Assembly: GCF_964355755.1 (NCBI RefSeq)
Contig: NC_092677.1
Location: forward strand, 21,687,175-21,751,174
From: Antedon mediterranea
Lineage: Eukaryota > Animalia > Echinodermata
Direction of reading: 5' to 3'
DNA: 64,000 nt
Both the position numbers and the translations under genes were made by a program. This document shows, piece after piece, positions 39,451-54,400 of the stretch. A model generated the notes under the pieces. The model had not been told where the DNA came from and searched no databases. It saw nothing but the letters and a program-made list of their open reading frames with translations. Numbering within the stretch: position 1 is the stretch's first letter; every line of letters starts with the position of its first letter.

Positions 39451-42400
39451 AAAGGTTCACTTGTTTAGGCCTGACATTTACAACCCTCAAAATATCTCAC
39501 TTTCAAAAACAATATTTATTTTAAATAAAAAAAAAAAAAAAATATCCGTAGAGGTTCGAACCCACTAGTGAGAACACTCAAACTTGAGCATTATCCGTTA
39601 CGCCTCAAACCAGTAGATGACTGAAGAGCTGATAATAGTCTATTTATATGAAATGAATGATCAATCAATGAAAAATAATGCCATGCAACTTTGTTTCTGA
39701 TTTTAAAAAAGGTCCACTTGTTTAGGCCTGACATTTACAACCCTCAAAATATCTCACTTTCAAAATCAATATTTATTCTCAATTTAAAAAAAAAAGAAAA
39801 AAAATATTCGTAGAAGTTCGAACCCACTACTGCGAGAACTCAAACCTGAGCATTACCCGTTACGCCTCAAGCCAGTAGATGACTGAAGAGCTGATAATAC
39901 TCTATTTATATGAAATTAATAATAAATCAATGAAAAATAATGCCATGCAACTTTGTTTCTGATTTTAAAAAAGGTTCACTTGTTTAGGCCTGACATTTAC
40001 AACCCTCAAAATATCTCACTTTCAAAAACAATATTTATTTTAAATATAAAAAAAATAAAAAAAAAAATACCCGCAGAGGTTCGAACCCACTAGTGAGAGC
40101 ACTCAAACTTGATCATTACCCGTTACGCCACAAACCAGTAGATGACTGAAGAGCTGACAATACTCTATTTATATGAAATAAATAATAAATCAATGAAAAA
40201 TAATGCCATGCAACTTTGTTTCTGATTTTAAAAAAGGTCCACTTGTTTAGGCCTGACATTTACAACCCTCAAAATATCTCACTTTCAAAATCCATATTTA
40301 TTCTCAATTTAAAAAAAAAAGAAAAAAAATATCCCTAGAGGTTCGACCCACTACTCAGAGCACTCAAACCTGAGCATTACCCGTTACGCCACAAACCAGT
40401 AGATGACTGAAGAGCTGATAATAGTCTATTTTATATGAAATGAATGATCAATCAATGAAAAATAATGCAATGCAACTTTGTTTCTGATTTTAAAAAAGGT
40501 CCACTTGTTTAGGCCTGACATTTACAACCCTCAAAATATCTCACTTTCAAAAACCATATTTATTTTCAATTTAAAAAAAAAAGAAAAAAAATATCCCTAG
40601 AGGTTCGACCCACTACTCAGAGCACTCAAAACTGAGCATTACCCGTTACGCCACAAATCAGTAGATGACTGAAGAGCTGATAATAGTCTATTTATATGAA
40701 ATGAATGATCAATCAATAAAAAATAAAGCCATGCAACTTTGTTTCTGATTTAAAAAAAGGTTCACTTGTTTAGGCCTGACATTTACAACCCTAAAAATAT
40801 CTCACTTTCAAAAACAATATTTATTTTCAATTTTAAAAAAAAATTCCCTAGAGGTTCGAACCCACTACTGAGAGAACTCAAATCTGAGCATTATCCGTTA
40901 CGCCACCAACCAGTAGGTGACTGAGGAGCTGATAATAGTCTATTTATATGAAATGAATGATCAATCAATGAAAAATAATGCCATGCAACTTTGTTTCTGA
41001 TTTTAAAAAAGGTTCACTTGTTTTGGCCTGACATTTACAACCCTCAAAATATCTCACTTTCAAAAACAATATTTTTTCAATTAAAAAAAAAAAGAAATAA
41101 AATATCAGTAGAGGTTCGAACCCACTAGTGAGAGCACTCAAACTTGAGCATTACCCGCTACGCCACAAACCAGTAGATGACTGAAGAGCTGATAATACTC
41201 TATTTATATGAAATAAATAATAAATCAATGAAAAATAATGCCATGCAACCTTGTTTCTGATTTTAAAAAAGGTTCATTTGTTTAGGCCTTTCATTTACAA
41301 CCCTCAAAATATCTCACCTTCAAAAAAAATATTTATTTTCAATAAAAAAAAAAGAAAAGAAATATCCCTAGAGGTTCGAACCCACTACTGCGAGCACTCA
41401 AACTTGAGCATTACCCGTTACGCCTCAAACCAGTAGATGACTGAAGAGCTGATAATACTCTATTTATATGAAATGAATAATAAATCAATGAAAAATAATG
41501 CCATGCAACTTTGTTTCTGATTTTAAAAAAGGTTCACTTGTTTAGGCCTGACATTTACAACCCTCAAAATATCTCACCTTCAAAAACAATATTTATTTTC
41601 AAATAAAAAAAAAAGAAAAAAAATATCCCTAGAAATTCGAACCCACTATTGAAATCACTCAAACCTGAGCATTACCCGTTCGCCGCAAACCATTTTATGA
41701 CTGAAGAGCTGATAATAGTATATTTATATGAAATTAATAATAAATCAATGAAAAATAATGCCATGCAACTTTGTTTCTGATTTCAAAAAATGTTCACTTG
41801 TTTAGGCCTGACAGTTGCAACCCTCAAAATATCTCACTTTCAAAAACAATATTTATTTTCAATTAAAAAAAAAATAAAAAAAAAATACCCGTATAGGTTC
41901 GAACCCACTACTGAGAGCACTCAAACCTGAGCATTACACGTTACGCCACAAACCAGTAGATGACTGAGGAGCTGATAATAGTCTATATATATGAAATGAA
42001 TGAACAATCAATGAAAAATAATGCCATGCAACTTTGTTTCTGATTGAAAAAAATGTTCACTTGTTTAGGCCTGACATTTACAACCCTCATAATATCTCAC
42101 TTTCAAAAACAATATTTTTTAAATTAAAAAAAAAAAGAAATAAAATATCAGTAGAGGTTCGAACCCACTAGTGAGAGCACTCAAACTTGAGCATTACCCG
42201 CTACGCCACAAACCAGTAGATGACTGAAGAGCTGATAATACTCTATTTTTATGAAATAAATAATAAATCAATGAAAAATAATGCCATGCAACTTTGTTTC
42301 TGATTTTAAAAAAGGTCCACTTGTTTAGGCCTGATATTTACAACCCTCAAAATATCTCAATTTCAAAAACCATATTTATTTTCAATTTAAAAAAAAAAGA

Positions 42401-45400
42401 AAAAAAATATCCCTAGAGGTTCGACCCACTACTCAGAGCACTCAAACCTGAGCATTACCCGTTACGCCACAAACCAGTAGATGACTGAAGACCTGATAAT
42501 AGTCTATTTATATGAAATGAATGATCAATCAATGAAAAATAATGCCATGCAACTTTGTTTCTGATTTTAAAAAAGGTCCACTTGTTTAGGCCTGACATTT
42601 ACAACCCTCAAAATATCTCACTTTCAAAAACCATATTTATTTTCAATTTAAAAAAAAAGAAAAAAAATATCCCTAGAGGTTCGACCCACTAATCAGAGCA
42701 CTCAAAACTGAGCATTACCCGTTACGCCACAAACCAGTAGATGACTGAAGAGCTGATAACAGTCTATTTATATGAAATGAATGATCCATCAATGTAAAAT
42801 GATGTTATACAACTTTGTTTCTGATTTTAAAAAAAGGTCCACTTGGTTAGGCTTGACATTTAAAACCCTCAAAATATCTCACTTTCAAAAACCATATTTA
42901 TTTTCAATAAAAAAAAAAAAAAAAAAATATTCGTAGAGGTTCGAACCCACTACTGCGAGAACTCAAACCTGAGCATTACCCGTTACGCCTCAAACCAGTA
43001 GATGACTGAAGAGCTGATAATACTCTATTTATATGAAATTAATAATAAATCAATGAAAAATAATGCCATGCAACTTTGTTTCTGATTTTAAAAAAGGTTC
43101 ACTTGTTTAGGCCTGACATTTACAACCCTCAAAATATCTCACTTTCAAAAATAATATTTATTTTAAATAAAAAAAAAAAAAAATATCCGTAGAGGTTCGA
43201 ACCCACTAGTGAGAGCACTCAAACTTGAGCATTACCCGTTACGCCACAAACCAGTAGATAACTGAAGATCTGATAATAGTCTATTTATATGAAATGAATG
43301 ATCAATCAATGAAAAATAATGCCATGCAACTTTGTTTCTGATTTTAAAAAAGGTCCACTTGTTTAGGCCTGACATTTACAACCCTCAAAATATCTCACTT
43401 TCAAAAACAATATTTTTTTCAATAAAAAAAAAAAAAGAAAAAAAATATTCGTAGAGGTTCGAACCCACTACTGCGATAACTCAAACCTGAGCATTACCCG
43501 TTACGCCTCAAACCAGTAGATGACTGAAGAGCTGATAATACTCTATTTATATGAAATTAATAATAAATCAATGAAAAATAATGCCATGCAACTTTGTTTC
43601 TGATTTTAAAAAAGGTTCACTTGTTTAGGCCTGACATTTACAACCCTCAAAATATCTCACTTTCAAAAACAATATTTATTTTAAATTAAAAAAAAAAAGG
43701 AACAAGATATCCGTAGAGGTTCGAACCCACTAGTGAGAGCAATCAAACTTGAGCATTACCCGTTACGCCACAAACCAGTAGATGACTGAAGAGCTGATAA
43801 TACTCTATTTATATGAAATAAATAATAAATCAATGAAAAATAATGCCATGCAACTTTGTTTCTGATTTTAAAAAAGGTCCACTTGTTTAGGCCTGATATT
43901 TACAACCCTCAAAATATCTCACTTTCAAAAACCATATTTATTTTCAATTTAAAAAAAAAAGAAAAAGAATATCCCTAGAGGTTCGAACCCACTACTGGGA
44001 GAACTCAAACCTGAGCACCACCGGTTACGCCACAAACCAGTAGATGACTGAAGAGCTGATAACAGTCTATTTATATGAAATGAATGATCCATCAATGGAA
44101 AATGATGTTATGCAACTTTGTTTCTGATTTTAAAAAAAGGTCCACTTGGTTAGGCTTGACATTTAAAACCCTCAAAATATCTCACTTTCAAAAACCATAT
44201 TTATTTTCAATTTAAAAAAAAAGAAAAAAAATATCCCTTGAGGTTCGACCCACTACTCAGAGCACTCAAACCTGAGCATTACCCGTTACGCCACAAACCA
44301 GTAGATGACTGAAGAGCTGATAATAGTCTATTTATATGAAATAAATTATCAATCAATGAAAAATAATGCCATGCAACTTTGTTTCTGATTTTAAAAAAGA
44401 TCCATTTGTTTAGGCCTGACATTTACAACCCTAAAAAATATCTCATTTAAAAAAAAAAATATTTATTTTCAATAAGAAAAAAAAAGCAATATCCCTAGAG
44501 GTTGGTACCCGCTACTGAGAGCACTCAAACCTGGGTACTACCCGTTACGCCACAAACCAGTAGATAACTGAAGAGCTGATAATAGTCTATTTATATGAGA
44601 TTAATGATCAATCAATGAAAAATAATGCCATGCAACTTTGTTTCTGATTTTAAAAAAGGTCCACTTGTTTAGGCCTGACATTTACAACCCTCAAAATATC
44701 TCACTTTCAAAAACAATATTTTTTTCAATAAAAAAAAAAAAAAAAAAAAAAAAATATTCGTAGAGGTTCGAACCCACTACTGCGAGAACTCAAACCTGAG
44801 CATTACCCGTTACGCCTCAAACCAGTAGATGACTGAAGAGCTGATAATACTCTATTTATATGAAATTAATAATATATCAATGAAAAATAATGCCATGCAA
44901 CTTTGTTTCTGATTTTAAAAAAGGTTCACTTGTTTAGGCCTGACATTTACAACCCTCAAAATATCTCACTTTCAAAAACAATATTTATTTTAAATAAAAA
45001 AAAAAAAAATATCCGTAGAGGTTCGAACCCACTAGTGAGAGCACTCAAACTTGAGCATTACCCGTTACGCCACAAACCAGTAGATAACTGAAGATCTGAT
45101 AATAGTCTATTTATATTAAATGAATGATCAATCAATGAAAAATAATGCCATGCAACTTTGTTTCTGATTTTAAAAAAGGTCCACTTGTTTAGGCCTGACA
45201 TTTACAACCCTCAAAATATCTCACTTTCAAAAACAATATTTATTTTCAATAAAAAAAAAAAAAAAAAAAAAAATATTCGTAGAGGTTCGAACCCACTACT
45301 GCGAGAACTCAAACCTGAGCATTACCCGTTACGCCTCAAACCAGTAGATGACTGAAGAGCTGATAATACTCTATTTATATGAAATTAATAATATATCAAT

Positions 45401-48400
45401 GAAAAATAATGCCATGCAACTTTGTTTCTGATTTTAAAAAAGGTTCACTTGTTTAGGCCTGACATTTACAACCCTCAAAATATCTCACTTTCAAAAACAA
45501 TATTTATTTTAAATAAAAAAAAAAAAAATATCCGTAGAGGTTCGAACCCACTAGTGAGAGCACTCAAACTTGAGCATTACCCGTTACGCCACAAACCAGT
45601 AGATAACTGAAGATCTGATAATAGTCTATTTATATTAAATGAATGATCAATCAATGAAAAATAATGCCATGCAACTTTGTTTCTGATTTTAAAAAAGGTC
45701 CACTTGTTTAGGCCTGACATTTACAACCCCCAAAATATCTCACTTTCAAAAAAAACATTTTTTTCAATAAAAAAAAAAAAGAAAAAAAATATTCGTAGAG
45801 GTTCGAACCCACTACTGCGATAACTCAAACCTGAGCATTACCCGTTACGCCTCAAACCAGTAGATGACTGAAGAGCTGATAATACTCTATTTATATGAAA
45901 TTAATAATAAATCAATGAAAAATAATGCCATGCAACTTTGTTTCTGATTTTAAAAAAGGTTCACTTGTTTAGGCCTGACATTTACAACCCTCAAAATATC
46001 TCACTTTCAAAAACAATATTTATTCTAAATAAAAAAAAAAAAGAAACAAGATATCCGTAGAGGTTCGAACCCACTAGTGAGAGCAATCAAACTTGAGCAT
46101 TACCCGTTACGACACAAACCACTAGATGACTGAAGAGCTGATAATACTCTATTTATATGAAATAAATAATAAATCAATGAAAAATAATGCCATGCAACTT
46201 TGTTTCTGATTTTAAAAAAGGTCCACTTGTTTAGGCCTGATATTTACAACCCTAAAAATATCTCACTTTCAAAAACCATATTTATTTTCAATTTAAAAAA
46301 AAAAGAAAAAAAATATCCCTAGAGGTTCGAACCCACTACTGGGAGAACTCAAACCTGAGCACCACCGGTTACGCCACAAACCAGTAGATGACTGAAGAGC
46401 TGATAACAGTCTATTTATATGAAATGAATGATCCATCAATGTAAAATGATGTTATGCAACTTTGTTTCTGATTTTAAAAAAAGGTCCACTTGGTTAGGCT
46501 TGACATTTAAAACCCTCAAAATATCTCACTTTCAAAAACCATATTTATTTTCAATTTAAAAAAAAAGAAAAAAAATATCCCTTGAGGTTCGACCCACTAC
46601 TCAGAGCACTCAAACCTGAGCATTACCCGTTACGCCACAAACCAGTAGATGACTGAAGAGCTGATAATAGTCTATTTATATGAAATAAATTATCAATCAA
46701 TGAAAAATAATGCCATGCAACTTTGTTTCTGATTTTAAAAAAGATCCATTTGTTTAGGCCTGACATTTACAACCCTAAAAAATATCTCATTTTCAAAAAA
46801 AATATTTATTTTCAATAAGAAAAAAAAAAGCAATATCCCTAGAGGTTGGTACCCGCTACTGAGAGCACTCAAACCTGGGTACTACCCGTTACGCCACAAA
46901 CCAGTAGATAACTGAAGAGCTGATAATAGTCTATTTATATGAAATTAATGATCAATCAATGAAAAATAATGCCATGCAACTTTGTTTCTGATTTTAAAAA
47001 AGGTCCACTTGTTTAGGCCTGACATTTACAACCCTCAAAATATCTCACTTTCAAAAACCATATTTTTTTCAATAAAAAAAAAAAAAAAAAAAAAAAAATA
47101 TTCGTAGAGGTTCGAACCCACTACTGCGAGAACTCAAACCTGAGCATTACCCGTTACGCCTCAAACCAGTAGATGACTGAAGAGCTGATAATACTCTATT
47201 TATATGAAATTAATAATAAATCAATGAAAAATAATGCCATGCAACTTTGTTTCTGATTTTAAAAAAGGTTCACTTGTTTAGGCCTGACATTTACAACCCT
47301 CAAAATATCTCACTTTCAAAAACAATATTTATTTTAAATAAAAAAAAAAAAAAATATCCGTAGAGGTTCGAACCCACTAGTGAGAGCACTCAAACTTGAG
47401 CATTACCCGTTACGCCACAAACCAGTAGATAACTGAAGAGCTGATAATAGTCTATTTATATGAAATGAATGATCAATCAATGAAAAATAATGCCATGCAA
47501 CTTTGTTTCTGATTTTAAAAAAGGTCCACTTGTTTAGGCCTGACATTTACAACCCTCAAAATATCTCACTTTCAAAAACAATATTTTTTTTCAATAAAAA
47601 AAAAAAAGAAAAAAAAAATTCGTAGAGGTTCGAACCCACTACTGCGAGAACTCTAACCTGAGCATTACCCGTTACGCCTCAAACCAGTAGATGACTGAAG
47701 AGCTGATAATACTCTATTTATATGAAATTAATAATAAATCAATGAAAAATAATGCCATGCAACTTTGTTTCTGATTTTAAAAAAGGTTCACTTGTTTAGG
47801 CCTGACATTTACAACCCTCAAAATATCTCACTTTCAAAAACCATATTTATTTTCAATTTAAAAAAAAAGAAAAAAAATATCCCTTGAGGTTCGACCCACT
47901 ACTCAGAGCACTCAAACCTGAGCATTACCCGTTACGCCACAAACCAGTAGATGACTGAAGAGCTGATAATAGTCTATTTATATGAAATGAATGATCAATC
48001 AATGAAAAATAATGCCATGCAACTTTGTTTCTGATTTTAAAAAAGGTCCACTTGTTTCGGCCTGACATTTACAACCCTCAAAATATCTCACTTTCAAAAA
48101 CAATATTTTTTTCAATAAAAAAAAAAAAGAAAACAAATATTCGTAGAGGTTCGAACCCACTACTGCGAGAACTCAAACCTGAGCATTACCCGTTACGCCT
48201 CAAAGCAGTAGATGACTGAAGAGCTGATAATACTCTATTTATATGAAATTAATAACAAATCAATGAAAAATAATGCCATGCAACTTTGTTTCTGATTTTA
48301 AAAAAGGTTCACTTGTTTAGGCCTGACATTTACAACCCTCAAAATATCTCACTTTAAAAAACAATATTTATTTTAAATAAGAAAAAAAAGAAACAAAATA

Positions 48401-51400
48401 TCCGTAGAGGTTCGAACCCACTAGTGAGAGCACTCAAACTTGAGCATTACCCGTTACGCCACAAACCAGTAGATGACTGAAGAGCTGACAATACTCTATT
48501 TATATGAAATGAATGATCAATCAATGAAAAATAATGCCATGCAACTTTGTTTCTGATTTTAAAAAAGGTCCACTTGTTTAGGCCTGACATTTACAACCCT
48601 CAAAATATCTCACTTTCAAAAACAATATTTATTTTCAATAAAAAAAAAAAAAAAAAAAAAAATATTCGTAGAGGTTCGAACCCACTACTGCGAGAACTCA
48701 AACCTGAGCATTACCCGTTACGCCTCAAACCAGTAGATGACTGAAGAGCTGATAATACTCTATTTATATGAAATTAATAATAAATCAATGAAAAATAATG
48801 CAATGCAACTTTGTTTCTGATTTTAAAAAAGGTTCATTTGTTTAGGCCTGTCATTTACAACCCTCAAAATATCTCACCTTCAAAAAAAATATTTATTTTC
48901 AATAAAAAAAAAAAAGAAAAGAAATATCCCTAGAGGTTCGAACCCACTAGTAAGAGCACTCAAACTTGAGCATTACCCGTTACGCCACAAACCAGTAGAT
49001 GACTAGGCTGATAATACTCTATTTATATGAAATAAATAATAAATCAATGAAAAATAATGCCATGCAACTTTGTTTCTGATTTTAAAAAAGGTTTACTTGT
49101 TTTGGCCTGACATTTACAACCCTCAAAATATCTCACTTTCAAAAACAATATTTTTTCAATTAAAAAAAAAAAAGAAATAAAATATCAGTAGAGGTTTGAA
49201 CCCACTAGTGAGAGCACTCAAACTTGAGCATTACCCGCTACGCCACAAACCAGTAGATGACTGAAGAGCTGATAACAGTCTATTTATATGAAATGAATGA
49301 TCCATCAATGTAAAATGATGTTATGCAACTTTGTTTCTGATTTTAAAAAAAGGTCCACTTGGTTAGGCTTGCCATTTAAAACCCTCAAAATATCTCACTT
49401 TCAAAAACCATATTTATTTTCAATTTAAAAAAAAAGAAAAAAAATATCCCTTGAGGTTCGACCCACTACTCAGAGCACTCAAACCTGAGCATTACCCGTT
49501 ACGCCACAAACCAGTAGATGACTGAAGAGCTGATAATAGTCTATTTATATGAAATAAATTATCAATCAATAAAAAATAATGCCATGCAACTTTGTTTCTG
49601 ATTTTAAAAAAGATCCATTTGTTTAGGCCTGACATTTACAACCCTAAAAAATATCTCATTTTCAAAAAAAATATTTATTTTCAATAAGAAAAAAAAAAAG
49701 CAATATCCCTAGAGGTTGGTACCCGCTACTGAGAGCACTCAAACCTGGGTACTACCCGTTACGCCACAAACCAGTAGATAACTGAAGAGCTGATAATAGT
49801 CTATTTATATGAAATTAATGATCAATCAATGAAAAATAATGCCATGCAACTTTGTTTCTGATTTTAAAAAAGGTCCACTTGTTTAGGCCTGACATTTACA
49901 ACCCTCAAAATATCTCACTTTCAAAAACCATATTTTTTTCAATAAAAAAAAAAAAAAAAAAAAAAAAATATTCGTAGAGGTTCGAACCCACTACTGCGAG
50001 AACTCAAACCTGAGCATTACCCGTTACGCCTCAAACCAGTAGATGACTGAAGAGCTGATAATACTCTATTTATATGAAATTAATAATAAATCAATGAAAA
50101 ATAATGCCATGCAACTTTGTTTCTGATTTTAAAAAAGGTTCACTTGTTTAGGCCTGACATTTACAACCCTCAAAATATCTCACTTTCAAAAACAATATTT
50201 ATTTTAAATAAAAAAAAAAAAAAATATCCGTAGAGGTTCGAACCCACTAGTGAGAGCACTCAAACTTGAGCATTACCCGTTACGCCACAAACCAGTAGAT
50301 AACTGAAGAGCTGATAATAGTCTATTTATATGAAATGAATGATCAATCAATGAAAAATAATGCCATGCAACTTTGTTTCTGATTTTAAAAAAGGTCCACT
50401 TGTTTAGGCCTGACATTTACAACCCTCAAAATATCTCACTTTCAAAAACAATATTTTTTTTCAATAAAAAAAAAAAAGAAAAAAAATATTCGTAGAGGTT
50501 CGAACCCACTACTGCGAGAACTCTAACCTGAGCATTACCCGTTACGCCTCAAACCAGTAGATGACTGAAGAGCTGATAATACTCTATTTATATGAAATTA
50601 ATAATAAATCAATGAAAAATAATGCCATGCAACTTTGTTTCTGATTTTAAAAAAGGTTCACTTGTTTAGGCCTGACATTTACAACCCTCAAAATATCTCA
50701 CTTTCAAAAACAATATTTATTTTCAATAAAAAAAAAAAAAAAAAAAAAAATATTCGTAGAGGTTCGAACCCACTACTGCGAGAACTCAAACCTGAGCATT
50801 ACCCGTTACGCCTCAAACCAGTAGATGACTGAAGAGCTGATAATACTCTATTTATATGAAATTAATAATAAATCAATGAAAAATAATGCAATGCAACTTT
50901 GTTTCTGATTTTAAAAAAGGTTCATTTGTTTAGGCCTGTCATTTACAACCCTCAAAATATCTCACCTTCAAAAAAAATATTTATTTTCAATAAAAAAAAA
51001 AAAGAAAAGAAATATCCCTAGAGGTTCGAACCCACTAGTAAGAGCACTCAAACTTGAGCATTACCCGTTACGCCACAAACCAGTAGATGACTGAAGAGCT
51101 GATAATACTCTATTTATATGAAATAAATAATAAATCAATGAAAAATAATGCCATGCAACTTTGTTTCTGATTTTAAAAAAGGTTTACTTGTTTTGGCCTG
51201 ACATTTACAACCCTCAAAATATCTCACTTTCAAAAACAATATTTTTTCAATTAAAAAAAAAAAAGAAATAAAATATCAGTAGAGGTTTGAACCCACTAGT
51301 GAGAGCACTCAAACTTGAGCATTACCCGCTACGCCACAAACCAGTAGATGACTGAAGAGCTGATAATACTCTATTTATATGAAATAAATAATAAATCAAT

Positions 51401-54400
51401 GAAAAATAATGCCATGCAACTTTGTTTCTGATTTTAAAAAAGGTTCATTTGTTTAGGCCTGTCATTTACAACCCTCAAAATATCTCACCTTCAAAAAAAA
51501 ATTTATTTTCAATAAAAAAAAAAAGAAAAGAAATATCCCTAGAGGTTCGAACCCACTACTGCGAGCACTCAAACTTGAGCATTACCCGTTACGCCTCAAA
51601 CCAGTAGATGACTGAAGAGCTGATAATACTCTATTTATATGAAATGAATAATAAATCAATGAAAAATAATGCCATGCAACTTTGTTTCTGATTTTAAAAA
51701 AGGTTCACTTGTTTAGGCCTGACATTTACAACCATCAAAATATCTCACCTTCAAAAACAATATTTATTTTCAAATAAAAAAAAAAGAAAAAAAATATCCC
51801 TAAAAGTTCGAACCTACTATTGAAATCACTCAAACCTGAGCATTACCCGTTCGCCGCAAACCATTTTATGACTGAAGAGCTGATAATAGTCTATTTATAT
51901 GAAATGGATGATCAATCAATGAAAAATAATGCCATGCAACTTTGTTTCTGATTTAAAAAAAGATCCATTTGTTTAGGCCTGACATTTACAACCCTAAAAA
52001 ATATCTCATTTTCAAAAAAAATATTTTTTTTCAATAAGAAAAAAAAAAGCAATATCCCTAGAGGTTGGAACCCGCTACTGAGAGCACTCAAACCTGGGTA
52101 TTACCCGTTACGCCACAAACCAGTAGATAACTGAAGAGCTGATAATAGTCTATTTATATGAAATTAATGATCAATCAATGAAAAATAATGCCATGCAACT
52201 TTGTTTCTGATTTTAAAAAAGGTCCACTTGTTTAGGCCTGACATTTACAACCCTCAAAATATCTCACTTTCAAAAACAATATTTTTTTCAATAAAAAAAA
52301 AAAACAAAATATTCGTAGAGGTTCGAACCCACTACTGCGAGAACTCAAACCTGAGCATTACCCGTTACGCCTCAAACCAGTAGATGACTGAAGAGCTGAT
52401 AATACTCTATTTATATGAAATTAATAATAAATCAATGAAAAATAATGCCATGCAACTTTGTTTCTGATTTTAAAAAAGGTTCACTTGTTTAGGCCTGACA
52501 TTTACAACCCTCAAAATATCTTACTTTCAAAAACAATATTTATTTTAAATAAAAAAAAAAAAAAAGAATATCCGTAGAGGTTCGAACCCACTAGTGAGAG
52601 CACTCAAACTTGAGCATTACCCGTTACGCCACAAACCAGTAGATAACTGAAGAGCTGATAATAGTCTATTTATATGAAATGAATGATCAATCAATGAAAA
52701 ATAATGCCATGCAACTTTGTTTCTGATTTTAAAAAAGGTCCACTTGTTTAGGCCTGACATTTACAACCCTCAAAATATCTCACTTTCAAAAACAATATTT
52801 TTTTCAATAAAAAAAAAAAAAGAAAAAAAATATTCGTAGAGGTTCGAACCCACTACTGCGAGAACTCAAACCTGAGCATTACCCGTTACGCCTCAAACCA
52901 GTAGATGACTGAAGAGCTGATAATACTCTATTTATATGAAATTAATAATAAATAAATGAAAAATAATGCAATGCAACTTTGTTTCTGATTTTAAAAAAGG
53001 TTCACTTGTTTAGGCCTGACATTTACAACCCTCAAAATATCTCACTTTCAAAAACAATATTTATTTTAAATAAAAAAAAGAAAGAAACAAAATACCCGTA
53101 GAGGTTCGAACCCACTAGTGAGAGCACTCAAACTTGAGCATTACCCGTTACGCCACAAACCAGTAGATGACTGAAGAGCTGACAATACTCTATTTATATG
53201 AAATAAATAATAAATCAATGAAAAATAATGCCATGCAACTTTGTTTCTGATTTTAAAAAAGGTCCACTTGTTTAGGCCTGACATTTACAACCCTCAAAAT
53301 ATCTCACTTTCAAAAACCATATTTATTTTCAATTTAAAAAAAAAAGAAAAAAAATATCCCTAGAGGTTCGACCCACTACTCAGAGCACTCAAACCTGAGC
53401 ATTACCCGTTACGCCACAAACCAGTAGATGACTGAAAAGCTGATAATAGTCTATTTATATGAAATGAATGAACAATCAATGAAAAATAATGCCATGCAAC
53501 TTTGTTTCTGATTTTAAAAAATATCCATTTGTTTAGGCCTGACATTCACAACCCTAAAAAATATCTCATTTTCAAAAAAAATATTTATTTTCAATAAGAA
53601 AAAAAAAAGCAATATCCCTAGAGGTTCGAACCCACTACTGCGAGAACTCAAACCTGAGCATTACCCTTTACGCCTCAAACCAGTAGATGACTGAAGAGCT
53701 GATAATACTCTATTTATATGAAATTAATAATAAATCAATGAAAAATAATGCCATGCAACTTTGTTTCTGATTTTAAAAAAGGTCCACTTGTTTAGGCCTG
53801 ACATTTACAACCATCAAAATATCTCCCTTTAAAAAACCATATTTATTTTCAATTTAAAAAAAAAGAAAAAAAATATCCCTAGAGGTTCGACCCACTACTC
53901 AGAGCACTCAAAACTGAGCATTACCCGTTACGCCACAAACCAGTAGATGACTGAAGAGCTGATAATAGTCTATTTATATGAAATGAATGATCAATCAATG
54001 AAAAATAATGCCATGCAACTTTGTTTCTGATTTAAAAAAAGGTTCACTTGTTTAGGCCTGACATTTACAACCCTAAAAATATCTCACTTTCAAAAACAAT
54101 ATTTATTTTCAATTTAAAAAAAAAATCCCTAGAGGTTCGAACCCACTACTAAGAGAACTCAAACCTGAGCATTATCCGTTACGCCACCAACCAGTAGGTG
54201 ACTGAGGAGCTGATAATAGTCTATTTATATGAAATAAATGATCAATCAATGAAAAATAATGCCATGCAACTTTGTTTCTGATTTTAAAAAAGGTTCACTT
54301 GTTTTGGCCTGACATTTACAACCCTCAAAATATCTCACTTTCAAAAACAATATTTTTTCAATTAAAAAAAAAAAAGAAATAAAATATCAGTAGAGGTTTG

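Noticed and set aside
44730-44753. Variation in poly(A) tract length between monomers as a phase-variation switch
   Set aside because: Homopolymer slippage and sequencing error explain it, and there is no credible gene to switch.
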